From Candidatus Bathyarchaeota archaeon (GTDB lineage Archaea; Thermoproteota; Bathyarchaeia; Bathyarchaeales; Bathycorpusculaceae): 64,000 nucleotides of DNA. The notes below the pieces were generated by a model. The model did no database searches. It saw only the letters and a list, made by a program, of their open reading frames with translations, and was not told the DNA's origin. Location of the stretch: contig OY970280.1 of assembly GCA_963715865.1 (NCBI GenBank), forward strand, positions 544,001-608,000, in the 5' to 3' direction. Shown piece after piece: positions 22,930-32,995 of this stretch (position 1 is the stretch's first letter; every line of letters begins with the position of its first letter). Position numbers and translations under genes: made by a program.

Positions 22930-23625
22930 ATGAACAATGAAATCAAGAAAACAGTTGTTGAAGCTGTCGATTTAAGAAAAACCTATACTATAGGAAAGAT
23001 TCCAGTTGAGGCATTACGTGGAGCGAACCTTCGAGTAGAAAGTGGCGAGTTTCTCTCAATTTTGGGTCCTTCAGGAAGTGGAAAATCAACTCTTCTCAAT
23101 CTAATTGGAGCATTAGATAAGCCAACTTCAGGTAGACTGCTCATCGATGGAGTTGACCTCTCAACACTCAACGATAATCAATTGACTGATGTAAGACTAA
23201 GGATTGGGTTTGTATTCCAATTCTTCAACCTCATTCCGAGATTTTCTGCTCTGGATAATGTCGAATTACCCATGTCAATCGCTGGTCTGAACAGAAGTGA
23301 ACGGAGAAAACGTGCAGAACAACTACTCGAAAATGTAGGATTGCGAGACCGTATGAACCATAAACCAACTGAACTAAGTGGTGGTCAACAACAACGTGTT
23401 GCAGTAGCAAGAGCATTAGCAAACAACCCTACTTTCTTGCTAATGGATGAACCAACAGGAAATGTAGACTCAAAGACTGCAAGTGAAGTTATTGCATTAG
23501 TTAAAAAACTCAACAATCAAGGAGCAACTATAATCATGGTAACACATGACCAGCGTCTTGCAATGGAAGCAAATCGTACTGTCAAGGTTCTTGATGGAGT
23601 CATTGCTTCGGATATGGTGAATTAA
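22930..23625 (+). CDS. ABC transporter ATPase (LolD/MacB-like)
   Basis: GPSGSGKST, LSGGQQQRVAVARAL, DEPTG. Confidence 0.95.
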   Translation: MNNEIKKTVVEAVDLRKTYTIGKIPVEALRGANLRVESGEFLSILGPSGSGKSTLLNLIGALDKPTSGRLLIDGVDLSTLNDNQLTDVRLRIGFVFQFFNLIPRFSALDNVELPMSIAGLNRSERRKRAEQLLENVGLRDRMNHKPTELSGGQQQRVAVARALANNPTFLLMDEPTGNVDSKTASEVIALVKKLNNQGATIIMVTHDQRLAMEANRTVKVLDGVIASDMVN

Positions 23626-23626
23626 C

Positions 23627-24937
23627 ATGCAAACAAGAGATGTGTTTTCATTTTCCTTCAGTGCTATTAAACTGCGAAAACTTCGCGCTGGTCTTACAAT
23701 ACTTGGCGTTGTCATTGGTATCGCTGCAATTGTAGCATTACTTTCGATTTCGCAAGGTCTTCAAACTACTATCACAAATCAAGTGGAAAAGGGTTTAGGA
23801 GCTAACACTCTAATAGTCACTTCTGGTACAGGTGGAGTTTTAGGGAGTGCATCAGGAGGTCTTAGCGGTGGGTCTCTTATTCCTTCAGCTCCATCATCTC
23901 TATCGGGAACAGCTTCGGCACCTAGACTGTACCTAAACTATACTAACGAAATACAGGCACTTTCACCAGATATTAAATCAGCGGTGGCTGTAGTTCAGCA
24001 GTCGGGATTCATCCAAAACGGAGACAAAGTCATCCAAATCAGTGGTGGAATCGTAGGCGTCAATTTCTCGGAGTATGTCGATACATATGGCGACACCTTC
24101 AAAGCAGAGAGCGGAGCTATACCCTTGAGTCCTTCGGATAATGATATTGTTATAGGTCAACGTATACATGACCCATCACTGAACGGGACAATATTTGCAG
24201 ATGTCAACAATGAAGTTAATGTGCTTTGGACAAACACAACTCAACTTCCATACACAAACCAAACTTATACTGCAAAGGTTGTAGCAGTGCTTCCTAAAAT
24301 TGGAGGGTTCCAGATTAGCGGTCCTTCAGACACTGGTGTTTATATTCCGATCGCAAAAGCTCGTAGCTTCTTTGGGACAGATGAGGCATCTTCAATTATT
24401 GTTACATTAAAGAATAGTGACAACACGACAATCACAAATGTTTCGAAACTCATAACCAACTACTTTGATAACCAAGTCACTGTCACCTCTGCTGCTGATA
24501 TTTCATCCACCATATCGACCTTATCTTCCACATTGAATCTTTTCCTTGGAGGAGTTGCAGTCATTTCGTTGTTTGTCGCAGGGATTGGCATAATGAACAT
24601 TATGATAGTCTCTTTGATTGAGCGAACCCGTGAAATAGGAATACTCAAAGCATTAGGAATGAAAAGCAGAACGGTTCTCGCCATCTTTCTGGGTGAATCT
24701 GTAATAATTGGCGTAATCGGAGGAGTTGTAGGCATCATCCTAGGTTGGGTCTTATCAAACGGTGTTGCTCTGGTCTTCAGCGCTGGAAGTAGCGGGATTA
24801 CAATAAGTCCCATCTTGACGCCTGAAGTAGCTCTGCTTGCGTTAGGATTCGGTGTATTGGTGAGCACAGTATTTGCTTTGTATCCAGCTTGGAGAGCTTC
24901 AAAATTGAGACCAGTAGAAGCATTGAGATACGAATGA
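23627..24937 (+). CDS. ABC transporter permease (MacB/FtsX family)
   Basis: LTILGVVIG, GIGIMNIM...ERTREIGILKALG, PAWRASKL.PVEALRYE. Confidence 0.95.
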   Translation: MQTRDVFSFSFSAIKLRKLRAGLTILGVVIGIAAIVALLSISQGLQTTITNQVEKGLGANTLIVTSGTGGVLGSASGGLSGGSLIPSAPSSLSGTASAPRLYLNYTNEIQALSPDIKSAVAVVQQSGFIQNGDKVIQISGGIVGVNFSEYVDTYGDTFKAESGAIPLSPSDNDIVIGQRIHDPSLNGTIFADVNNEVNVLWTNTTQLPYTNQTYTAKVVAVLPKIGGFQISGPSDTGVYIPIAKARSFFGTDEASSIIVTLKNSDNTTITNVSKLITNYFDNQVTVTSAADISSTISTLSSTLNLFLGGVAVISLFVAGIGIMNIMIVSLIERTREIGILKALGMKSRTVLAIFLGESVIIGVIGGVVGIILGWVLSNGVALVFSAGSSGITISPILTPEVALLALGFGVLVSTVFALYPAWRASKLRPVEALRYE

Positions 24938-25042
24938 GTGAAACCGAAGGTCTAACACATTGACTATGTCGAGGAGTTCAAGAATCTCCCTGTTTCTTTC
25001 CTTTCTTAATCCCTCATTGCATCTTTACCAATCAGAGGCTGT

Positions 25043-25453
25043 TTAGAGATTGTCTTGATCTTTTTCAGGCAGCACAACGTTTAGAAGCGCTAATAAGATA
25101 TGTGCTGCTTGCTTGTCTGTTGCTTGGTCAAGGATATCTTGCATGCTGTGTTCTTTGAGAAACATAGCAAGGTAAGCTTTCATTCGCAGTTCGTAACTCA
25201 TCTGGCCTTTGGAATCCTCTTTTGCGGGTTTTGTTTCTCCAATGTAGCCCTTTTCCTGCAACGAGTGCAGCCGTTTGGTTAGGCTTGCGTAGTATGTTTC
25301 CTCGAGGCCTTCATATTTGCCTATTTGCTTGAGTAGTTGCTTGATCGTCTGGGGACTTTCTTTGACGAGGATATCAAAGATGGCATCATTAGCCCTAGCT
25401 GCTCTGTCAACAAACACTTCAAGCTCGGTGCCTTTGTTTTTCTTCCGCGCCAA
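25043..25453 (-). CDS. Winged-helix-like protein
   Basis: IFDILVKESPQTIKQL...LTKRLHSLQEKGYI. Confidence 0.7.
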   Translation of the reverse strand: MARKKNKGTELEVFVDRAARANDAIFDILVKESPQTIKQLLKQIGKYEGLEETYYASLTKRLHSLQEKGYIGETKPAKEDSKGQMSYELRMKAYLAMFLKEHSMQDILDQATDKQAAHILLALLNVVLPEKDQDNL

Positions 25454-25782
25454 AGTTTTCAGTTCGCCTCCAACGCTGAGAGCAAAAATTAGGGCTTTCG
25501 GAACTAGCTTATCACATTATTCGTGGCTGTTTTTGCGTTTTTGACCGAGGCAAAATCTTTCTTCGGCTAGAAATGCCTTGGGTAAATTTTTTCTGGAGAC
25601 CCTATTTATGCAAAATTTGAGTTTGGATGGACCAAGTTAGGTTGGGTCTGGGTTTTTTGCCGCGTTTTGACGGGGTGTTTTCTAGCCGAAGAAACGTTTT
25701 TCCCATCACATTTCTTCGGGTGAAAAAGCAAACTGAAAGAAAAAAATTTGTTTGCGGGGGCGCTTCCAAAAGCAGATTTAGA

Positions 25783-26040
25783 TCATATGCGTTTTTCGCT
25801 GCAAACTTGCTTGGCGGTTTTGTTTCTTGTCATTGTGATAGTTATGATTTCTTTCTCAGCTGTTTCTCTACTTGCGAAGTCTAACTCAAAGTCTTTTTTC
25901 TCATGAGGCTCAATTTTACCATTAAGTTTGGTAGGCAAGCCTAGGTCGTAGTGTTTGTAGCGGTATTCTTGCCTTTTCTTATAACGTTTCTTTATCCAGC
26001 GCACTCGAAATCTTACCAACTTCAAAATCTCCAAGAACAA
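25783..26040 (-). CDS. Small basic hypothetical protein
   Basis: 85-aa ORF. Confidence 0.35.
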   Translation of the reverse strand: MFLEILKLVRFRVRWIKKRYKKRQEYRYKHYDLGLPTKLNGKIEPHEKKDFELDFASRETAEKEIITITMTRNKTAKQVCSEKRI

Positions 26041-26377
26041 CCTGAAATCTATCTTTGAAAGGCCTCAAGCTCGTGCTTATGGTTCGGATCGCTTAAAAGA
26101 TAAGTGAACAAACTGCTCAGCTGCGCAGTGGAGAGGTAAGTGAAAGTGAAAATCTATGTGCATAATTGACTTTTTAGTGAGGTTTGCTGAGGCTCTGGAC
26201 CATTTTTAAGGAGAAAAGAAAAATGATAGCTTGCTAAAGGCTATTGCTTTTCGTGAATTTTAACCAGAGCCTTCTCAGCCTTATCTCTTCTCCATTGCTT
26301 TCTAGAAACTAAAAAAGGGGGAAATGTTGTTTCTGTTTGGCGTTTTTACGGTCGTTTCCTGAGCATCAGTATTATTG

Positions 26378-28303
26378 CTACTTTATCTGCCTAGGCTCAA
26401 CAGCATAAACAGATCGTTTCCTAAGGAACAGTAGTATTACTAGAGCAAGGGTTATGATGATTAGAACGAATAGGCCGGCGATTGCAGGAACAAAGTACTG
26501 TTCAGAGACTGGCATTGGAGTAGATGTGGGTGTTGGTGTTGCTGGATTAACCTGAACTGCACTGGTTTCTGCACTAGACCAGCAGTAGGCGTTGTTTCCT
26601 TCGAACCGTGCCACAAATGTGTAGGCGCCTGTGCTTGGAGGAGTGAAACTGTACGTGAATTGTCCTGCGGAGTTTGTGGTTGTGTTGCCGAAGTCTGTCC
26701 AAGTTCCATCTGATGCAATATAGCTTAAGATAACTGGAACCCCACTTACACATGGGGATTGCAGTGTCGGATTTTGTTGGCTGAACGGAGACTCATCAGT
26801 TACCGAGCCCGAGAGGACTACCGCGCCGCTCCCAGCAGTCATATAATTCGTGGAAGCTGCGAGAGTTGTGGTTGTAGGACCTGCGCCAATACAGTAAACA
26901 TAGTGAAGCTCTGCGGTGACGTAGCCATATCCATCAGCAATGGTAAGCTTTTTAGGCTCATAAGGAAATGCCATTTTCCATACTAGGTTGCCTGTAAAAG
27001 CATTCACACAAAACAAAACCCCTGGGTAAGTGCCTGGAGCGGGATAGCCCGTGACGGTAGAGGCCCAAGAGGGAAAGTAGATATTACCGGCAGCAATGGT
27101 AGGCTGTAACCAGTCCATGCTTCCTTCTGCTTTGAATGTCCATAATAGTGTGCCGGTCGTTGCATTCAAAGCATAGAGATTCCCCTCCTCGCCACCCGCT
27201 AAGTAAACTATGCCGTAGGCACTGGATATTTCATCCAGGTAGGCGCTTGGAGTAGCAACATACGTCCACAGTAGGTCTCCAGTCGTAGCGTTCAAACAAT
27301 AAAGAGTGTTCGTGTTGCCCGATGGTTCGTAAACCCTGCCATCAACAACGTTTATTGTTTGCCAAAAAGTCTCGTTAGCAACGCCTGGCGTGAATTTCCA
27401 TATCAATGTGCCAGTTGTTGCATTAAGACAGTAGATATTGTCAGCCCCGAAATCACCAAAGTAGACTTTTCCATTGTCGACACAGAGGGCATGCTCCCCC
27501 ATACTAACTGAAAAATTCCATAATTCCACCCAATACTGATCCCCACTTGCTATCGTATTCACACACCCATACGCTCCTCTTTCTTCGTAGCAAATGACAT
27601 AAGATGGGCCAACGCCAACATCAGTTTGCACAGTAGCATATATCATTGAACCATTGACAACAAGTACTCTCGTCATCCCAGTTGCTGGCAAAACAGTAAG
27701 ATCTTGACCAGCGGGCACCGTGGAATTCCATATTTGCGGAGAGCTCCACAGCAGAGCTCCTGTATTTTCACTGAAAGCGTAAACACTAGTATCGCCTGCA
27801 CCCGACCCTACGTAAACGATGCCATTGAGCGGTGAGACTGAGACAAATTCCGCCCCAAAAGCCCAACCGGTTGGGTTTTGGGCTTCCCAAATTATGTCTC
27901 CCGTATAGGCATCACGACATTCTAGAGTATTTCCCTCGGCCATAAAAACTCTGCCTTTGTCGATGGCACACATTTCAGCTGAACGATCGACACGCCATAG
28001 TATGTGGGTGCTGTTTGGCGCGTCGCTTGGCGTGTAGGATGTACCCTCCTGGTCATAAAGTTTAGATAGGAGCCAAGGATAGTTTGTTACGCCAGACTCT
28101 GGGCGATATTCGCCATTAGGTGTTGTAGTTATAAGGTTTATCCAGCTGCTCGGCGTCGCTGCCGGAAAAGGCCCCGTAGTTTGAGTAGTCGCTGGCGGAA
28201 CGCTGGCCGCAGCTTGAGGAATAGCAGTCATAAACGTTGAAGCAGCAAACATCAGAATCAAAGCAATCGTAATAGTTGCAATTTTATTTTTAGCAATTTG
28301 CAT
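26378..28303 (-). CDS. Cell-surface PQQ-like beta-propeller protein with Ig-like domain and C-terminal TM anchor
   Basis: Signal peptide, repeated LNATTG.L.W motifs, Ig-like C-terminal region, PT linker, TM helix. Confidence 0.9.
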   Translation of the reverse strand: MQIAKNKIATITIALILMFAASTFMTAIPQAAASVPPATTQTTGPFPAATPSSWINLITTTPNGEYRPESGVTNYPWLLSKLYDQEGTSYTPSDAPNSTHILWRVDRSAEMCAIDKGRVFMAEGNTLECRDAYTGDIIWEAQNPTGWAFGAEFVSVSPLNGIVYVGSGAGDTSVYAFSENTGALLWSSPQIWNSTVPAGQDLTVLPATGMTRVLVVNGSMIYATVQTDVGVGPSYVICYEERGAYGCVNTIASGDQYWVELWNFSVSMGEHALCVDNGKVYFGDFGADNIYCLNATTGTLIWKFTPGVANETFWQTINVVDGRVYEPSGNTNTLYCLNATTGDLLWTYVATPSAYLDEISSAYGIVYLAGGEEGNLYALNATTGTLLWTFKAEGSMDWLQPTIAAGNIYFPSWASTVTGYPAPGTYPGVLFCVNAFTGNLVWKMAFPYEPKKLTIADGYGYVTAELHYVYCIGAGPTTTTLAASTNYMTAGSGAVVLSGSVTDESPFSQQNPTLQSPCVSGVPVILSYIASDGTWTDFGNTTTNSAGQFTYSFTPPSTGAYTFVARFEGNNAYCWSSAETSAVQVNPATPTPTSTPMPVSEQYFVPAIAGLFVLIIITLALVILLFLRKRSVYAVEPRQIK

Positions 28304-28466
28304 TTTTTTGTTCTCCTTTTTTCTGTATTGTTTTTCGCATTTTTTTTCTTTCCTTTTTTCTGTGAGACACTATTGGTTTGGGTTGTGTATATATAATTTG
28401 TGGCACTAAAGTGGTGTCTCAATTTGTGTCTCAGAAAGTATCATGTAAGCGTTTTAGAAGATTTTT

Positions 28467-28679
28467 GTGGCACCAAAGAGGAAAAACAGAATGCAGAAAG
28501 GTAAAGGTAGATTCATCAACAGACCCACAAGAACCGGAGGACGTAATTATGACAAATTCTTCATATATATTCCAACAGAAGTTGCAAGAGATGGAACATT
28601 TCCCTTCAAAGAAGGAGAAGAAGTAGCACTGCACATAGAAAACAAAAGGGTAATAATAGAGAAAACAGAACGAAATTGA
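28467..28679 (+). CDS. AbrB/MazE-like DNA-binding protein
   Basis: FFIYIPTEVARDGTFPFKEGEEV.L.IE. Confidence 0.65.
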   Translation: MAPKRKNRMQKGKGRFINRPTRTGGRNYDKFFIYIPTEVARDGTFPFKEGEEVALHIENKRVIIEKTERN

Positions 28680-29028
28680 AATAAATTCAGCAGTTCCGTC
28701 TATATTATAGAGTATATTAGAGAAAATTCTGAAAAAAGATATTTTCATAACATTTGATAAAGCACATGGGAAGAGTTCTCTTAAACAGGTTGCAAGGTTG
28801 AATTCATTATTGACCCATGACTAAGCCCTAAAGCTAACACATTTCCCTTTATACAGAGGGGATATAAACTGCTCCGAGCACTAGAGTTCCAAGGCTTTTT
28901 ACAACATAAAACAAGGTTTAACTTTCATTATATGAAGTTTGTGTTGATGAAGACAATCTTGCTGTTTGCTTGATAACCGTAATTGATATTAACCGATTAT
29001 CTAAAGTATCAGAAAAGCAGCTCCTAAG

Positions 29029-29283
29029 TTGGTGACAAACGTCTTCAACATACTAATCGCCATCATCATACTGGTTTTAGCCATAGTGTTAGATTTGGTT
29101 CTTGGCGACCCATCACCAAATTATCCTGCCAAATGGGTTTTCAAGTTGCACCCAACCGTCTTGATGGGCAAATTCACTAAAAAAATCGAACCCTACTTCA
29201 AAAACAAAGACCCAAAAATAGAAAAGCTCCTAGGCGTTTTCTTGGCGTTAACAGTAAGTGTTCATTCAATAGGTTGGCTGTGA
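29029..29283 (+). pseudogene. cbiB: Truncated CbiB/CobD (adenosylcobinamide-phosphate synthase), N-terminal ~75 aa only
   Basis: LAIVLDLVLGDP...HPTVLMGK signature, then similarity is lost and a stop follows. Confidence 0.75.
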
Positions 29284-29708
29284 ACTTGAAGGCTTTGCTG
29301 GAAACCTTTCGCTCTTTCGATTTACGTTTTACCGTGTTAGTATAAGATCTCAAGTAGGCGCACTAAAGTAATATTATCAAACTCTTAAGACACTTTTCCA
29401 TCTACTGAAGATGGTGATTACGACAAGAAACGAACAAACACTTTGCCTTCGAGATAAATTAAATTAAAAAAGAAAGAGGTTTTGCTTGAGGTTTTGGCGC
29501 TATGGCTTTTTTCTCAGCATTAGTAAGCCGACCTAAGCGCTTGGTCCTGATTGACTATGCACTTTCTGTTCTTACTGTTATGCCTTGGAATTGAACCAAA
29601 ATTACTTTTCGCTAAACACTTGAAATCAATGCTTTCCTACGGATGGTTAAGAGATAGTCGATAAAAATAGGAAAAATCAAAATAATACTAAGCCGCTAAA
29701 AAAGTATT

Positions 29709-29900
29709 ATGAAATTTGACGGCTTTCCGGGAGAAAAGACGATCTTATCGTTTAAGATAGCAAATGGTGTGGACTGGTTAACCACTCATCGCCTCATCAT
29801 CCAAAAGGAGACGCATAACCCGCGCTTTAACATCATGGAGAGGCAAGACCCTGAAATGTACCTTTTACGCGATTTTGAGAAAGCCGAAATAAAAGGATGA
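29709..29900 (+). CDS. Small hypothetical protein or fragment
   Basis: 63-aa ORF. Confidence 0.35.
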   Translation: MKFDGFPGEKTILSFKIANGVDWLTTHRLIIQKETHNPRFNIMERQDPEMYLLRDFEKAEIKG

Positions 29901-30052
29901 AAAGAAGCCCCCACCTCAAGGGATAAGATTACTTGGGGAAATCTATGGCAAAGCAAATTTTAAGGCACTGTGATTCTGCATATAACTTAAAAGAACACAG
30001 ACATAATAGTCAGTTGCTCTGGATGAAAAAAGCTGAAAAAGAGTGAAAACTC

Positions 30053-30544
30053 ATGGAAGAATCAAAACTTAGAGAAATTGCAAAAGAGTATCTGACAAGA
30101 GAATTTGAGAAAAGTCGCTTTCATATGCCATTTGAGATTTTTCATGGGAAAGGACCTCTTACCATGCATCTTAGGAGAAAGTTTCACGGAGATGATTTGA
30201 CCACAATTCCAAACTTTGATGTTGCCAACGTAGAGCCTGATATTGCAGGAATAATAATTTCCTCAATTAATGACCAGAAATTATGGATAATTGCAGAAGT
30301 GAAAGCCAACGAGCAATCAGTTTCGCAAGGCGACCGCAGACAAGCTGTAGATTATGCCAATGCAACGAATGCTTTCAAGGCGTTTCTAATTTCCGACGGT
30401 CAACTAGGGCAAGATGTTAAGAAAGACCTCAAGGTTGGTCTGCACAAATATAATGGCATGTTTGAAACTGGTCAGAAAGGTAATGGTTATTTAGTCTTTA
30501 TCAGATATTTAGAGAGGACTGGACAGTTTGCCCCAAATCGATGA
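30053..30544 (+). CDS. PD-(D/E)xK nuclease-like protein
   Basis: EPDIAG...IAEVKA...RRQAVDY. Confidence 0.7.
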   Translation: MEESKLREIAKEYLTREFEKSRFHMPFEIFHGKGPLTMHLRRKFHGDDLTTIPNFDVANVEPDIAGIIISSINDQKLWIIAEVKANEQSVSQGDRRQAVDYANATNAFKAFLISDGQLGQDVKKDLKVGLHKYNGMFETGQKGNGYLVFIRYLERTGQFAPNR

Positions 30545-31499
30545 CATATCTCCAAGAAATGAAGAAGCTAACGGAACAAATATAGCGAGAGCGAAAGAAG
30601 AAGACGCACTCGATACGAATGGCGAAGCAGAGAAAGTGATGCCAGAAAAAGGTGCCAAACGGTTAAATGATTTGAATGGAGCCACTTGGCTTCAGTGGTC
30701 AAAATCAGTTTGGCGGTTTAAAACTCCCGTCCTCAATAATTTTGGGCACCCCGCTATTTTTCCAGATTTTGTGGCAGAGAGACTTATAAAAATCTTCACA
30801 AAAAAGAATGACTTAGTATTAGACCCTATGGCTGGCATAGGAACAACTATTTGGGTTTCCAAGAAACTCGGTCGGAATGCAGTCGGGATAGAACTATCAC
30901 CCAAATACTGTGAAAAAGCAAACTCAAGATTGAAGGATTCGCAAATAACCAGATTTTTGTCTGAGAGTTCTCTTCAGAAGACACTTGCAGAAAAAGAAGA
31001 GCCGATAACCGCTGGTCTCTCTCAAAAGATAATTTGCGACGATGCTCGAAATCTCCTAAAACACGTTTGTCCAGATTCAATCGATTTTTGCGTAACTTCT
31101 CCACCATACTGGATTGGTCTTCATGGCGTAAATGGAAAATACACGGGACAGACCCAGAAGGAATGGAAAATTTATGGCAATAATGAAAAAGATTATGGGA
31201 ACATCGAGGACTATCAGAAATTTGTTGATGAGCTTAAGAGTCTTTTTTTAAACGTGTTTAAAGTCTTAAGAGAAGGCAAATACTGCGTTGTTATTATTCA
31301 GGATTCCAGAAGAGGGTCTACCGTATATCCTTTGCATATGGATTTCTGTTACGCAATGAAATCAATAGGATATAGCTATCAAGACTCGATCATATGGGAA
31401 CACCCAACTTATACTACACGCCCACTGGGTTACCCTTCGACATTTGTAATATCACGTGTTCACGACTTTATAATGGTTTTCAGAAAACCGAAGCTGTAA
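30528..31499 (+). CDS. N4-C/N6-A DNA methyltransferase
   Basis: HPAIFP, VLDPMAGIGTT (motif I) precedes TSPPYW (motif IV). Confidence 0.9.
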   Translation: MPQIDDISPRNEEANGTNIARAKEEDALDTNGEAEKVMPEKGAKRLNDLNGATWLQWSKSVWRFKTPVLNNFGHPAIFPDFVAERLIKIFTKKNDLVLDPMAGIGTTIWVSKKLGRNAVGIELSPKYCEKANSRLKDSQITRFLSESSLQKTLAEKEEPITAGLSQKIICDDARNLLKHVCPDSIDFCVTSPPYWIGLHGVNGKYTGQTQKEWKIYGNNEKDYGNIEDYQKFVDELKSLFLNVFKVLREGKYCVVIIQDSRRGSTVYPLHMDFCYAMKSIGYSYQDSIIWEHPTYTTRPLGYPSTFVISRVHDFIMVFRKPKL

Positions 31500-31548
31500 T
31501 TAACAAAATTCATATAGCAAAAACTCTGCATATGCAGTTTAGAGTCCC

Positions 31549-32766
31549 TTGCAACATAAATCAGAAGAATGCTATTTCATTGGCTTGTTAATAGGCAGAG
31601 GGTCATTAGAGAACAGTACTTCACTCTTCGCACAGAGCGAACCCTATGGCAAATACGTACTACGCGTTCCGTCCTTTAAACACTCATCTCTTGGAAAGGC
31701 AATAGTTCAAACTCTAATATCTCATCCCAATGGACTTGATTCTAAAGAAATAATTGACAAAACGCCTAAATTGAAGGCTAATCTCAGTCTAACCCCAAAG
31801 GTCGTCGGTCAGTTTTGCGGAAGGAACCTTCAGAACTGGCATCCAATCAGTTTAGAGGTTAGCAGGCCCCTGCTTGAAAGAAAAGGGAAAAAATGGGCAA
31901 TTAGCGACAAAACCTTGGCGAATAGGTACTTGGAAGAACAAGAAAAATACTTTGAAAGAAACAAGAGGAGCTTAGATTTTGTTCTTAATTACATCCAGGA
32001 TTTTCTGAAACAACTCTCAGTTAATGTTTATGTTCTTCCACCTGAACCTGGGCCATTTAACATGGAATACTTCTCAATAGAATGCCACATGCCACCAGTC
32101 TTTTTTAAGATGCTAAACTCCAAGTATGGTCTGTCTTTAGGGGATGCGTACAGACACCTAGAATTGCCACCCCCAATAGCGTGTTCTTCGCTTGAAGAAA
32201 AACGTGAATTCATTCGAGGCTTGGCGGATTCAACAGCCCATTTTGACTTGGGTCCGTATTGGTACGGAACAGGAAAAAAAGGACTATGGCAAGTTAGACT
32301 AACGCTGCTTGCGGATTCAAAACCTGAACTTGCCGTACAAATCTGTCGCCTATTGCAGGAAGATATCGACTTACCCGTACTTTCAATAAACCCTATAGAA
32401 GGCGACATGCCCAGTAAGACTAAATATCGAGGCGGACGCGAAAGGCACATAATAATATGGGTTACAAATATTAGAAGGCATTTTCCCGCCCCATTCTTTA
32501 GAAATGAATGGAAAGAAGAATTCTTAGAAGAGTGTTGGCAACAAGACCAAGCTGTTCTCAAGCAGCTCGTTGGAACGAAACGCAGGATTGTCAGAAGAAT
32601 GCTTTCAACGTGTCCTCGAACAACTGAACAGCCTCCATATGCCTCCTTCTGTATTCCTCACGGATGCAACAGACAAAACCAGAAAACCAAGAACTCATCT
32701 CAGAGCGTGCTAACAAGGAAAATAAAGGCTGATAAGTCCGAATCAGATACGCCTAAATCTACTTAG
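31549..32766 (+). CDS. LAGLIDADG-fold-like protein with helical/wHTH insertion
   Basis: YFIGLLIGRGS and REFIRGLADSTAH resemble the two LAGLIDADG helices. Confidence 0.55.
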   Translation: MQHKSEECYFIGLLIGRGSLENSTSLFAQSEPYGKYVLRVPSFKHSSLGKAIVQTLISHPNGLDSKEIIDKTPKLKANLSLTPKVVGQFCGRNLQNWHPISLEVSRPLLERKGKKWAISDKTLANRYLEEQEKYFERNKRSLDFVLNYIQDFLKQLSVNVYVLPPEPGPFNMEYFSIECHMPPVFFKMLNSKYGLSLGDAYRHLELPPPIACSSLEEKREFIRGLADSTAHFDLGPYWYGTGKKGLWQVRLTLLADSKPELAVQICRLLQEDIDLPVLSINPIEGDMPSKTKYRGGRERHIIIWVTNIRRHFPAPFFRNEWKEEFLEECWQQDQAVLKQLVGTKRRIVRRMLSTCPRTTEQPPYASFCIPHGCNRQNQKTKNSSQSVLTRKIKADKSESDTPKST

Positions 32767-32995
32767 CGTGCAACCATCTCAACTATTTTAGCCTTCCCTA
32801 CGATTTTTCACTACTGAAAACTCCCTTTGGCCATGACTATCAACTCGAATTTCGAGTACGTAGTAATTACTGAGTACATTCCAGACCTTATGATGTACGT
32901 AGTAAATAGCTTCCGCTAAAACAATAAATTAAATGCCGAAAAAAAGACTGAAAAGAAGCTCCCTTTCAGCTTAGTTTTCAAACCCGGGAGATTGT

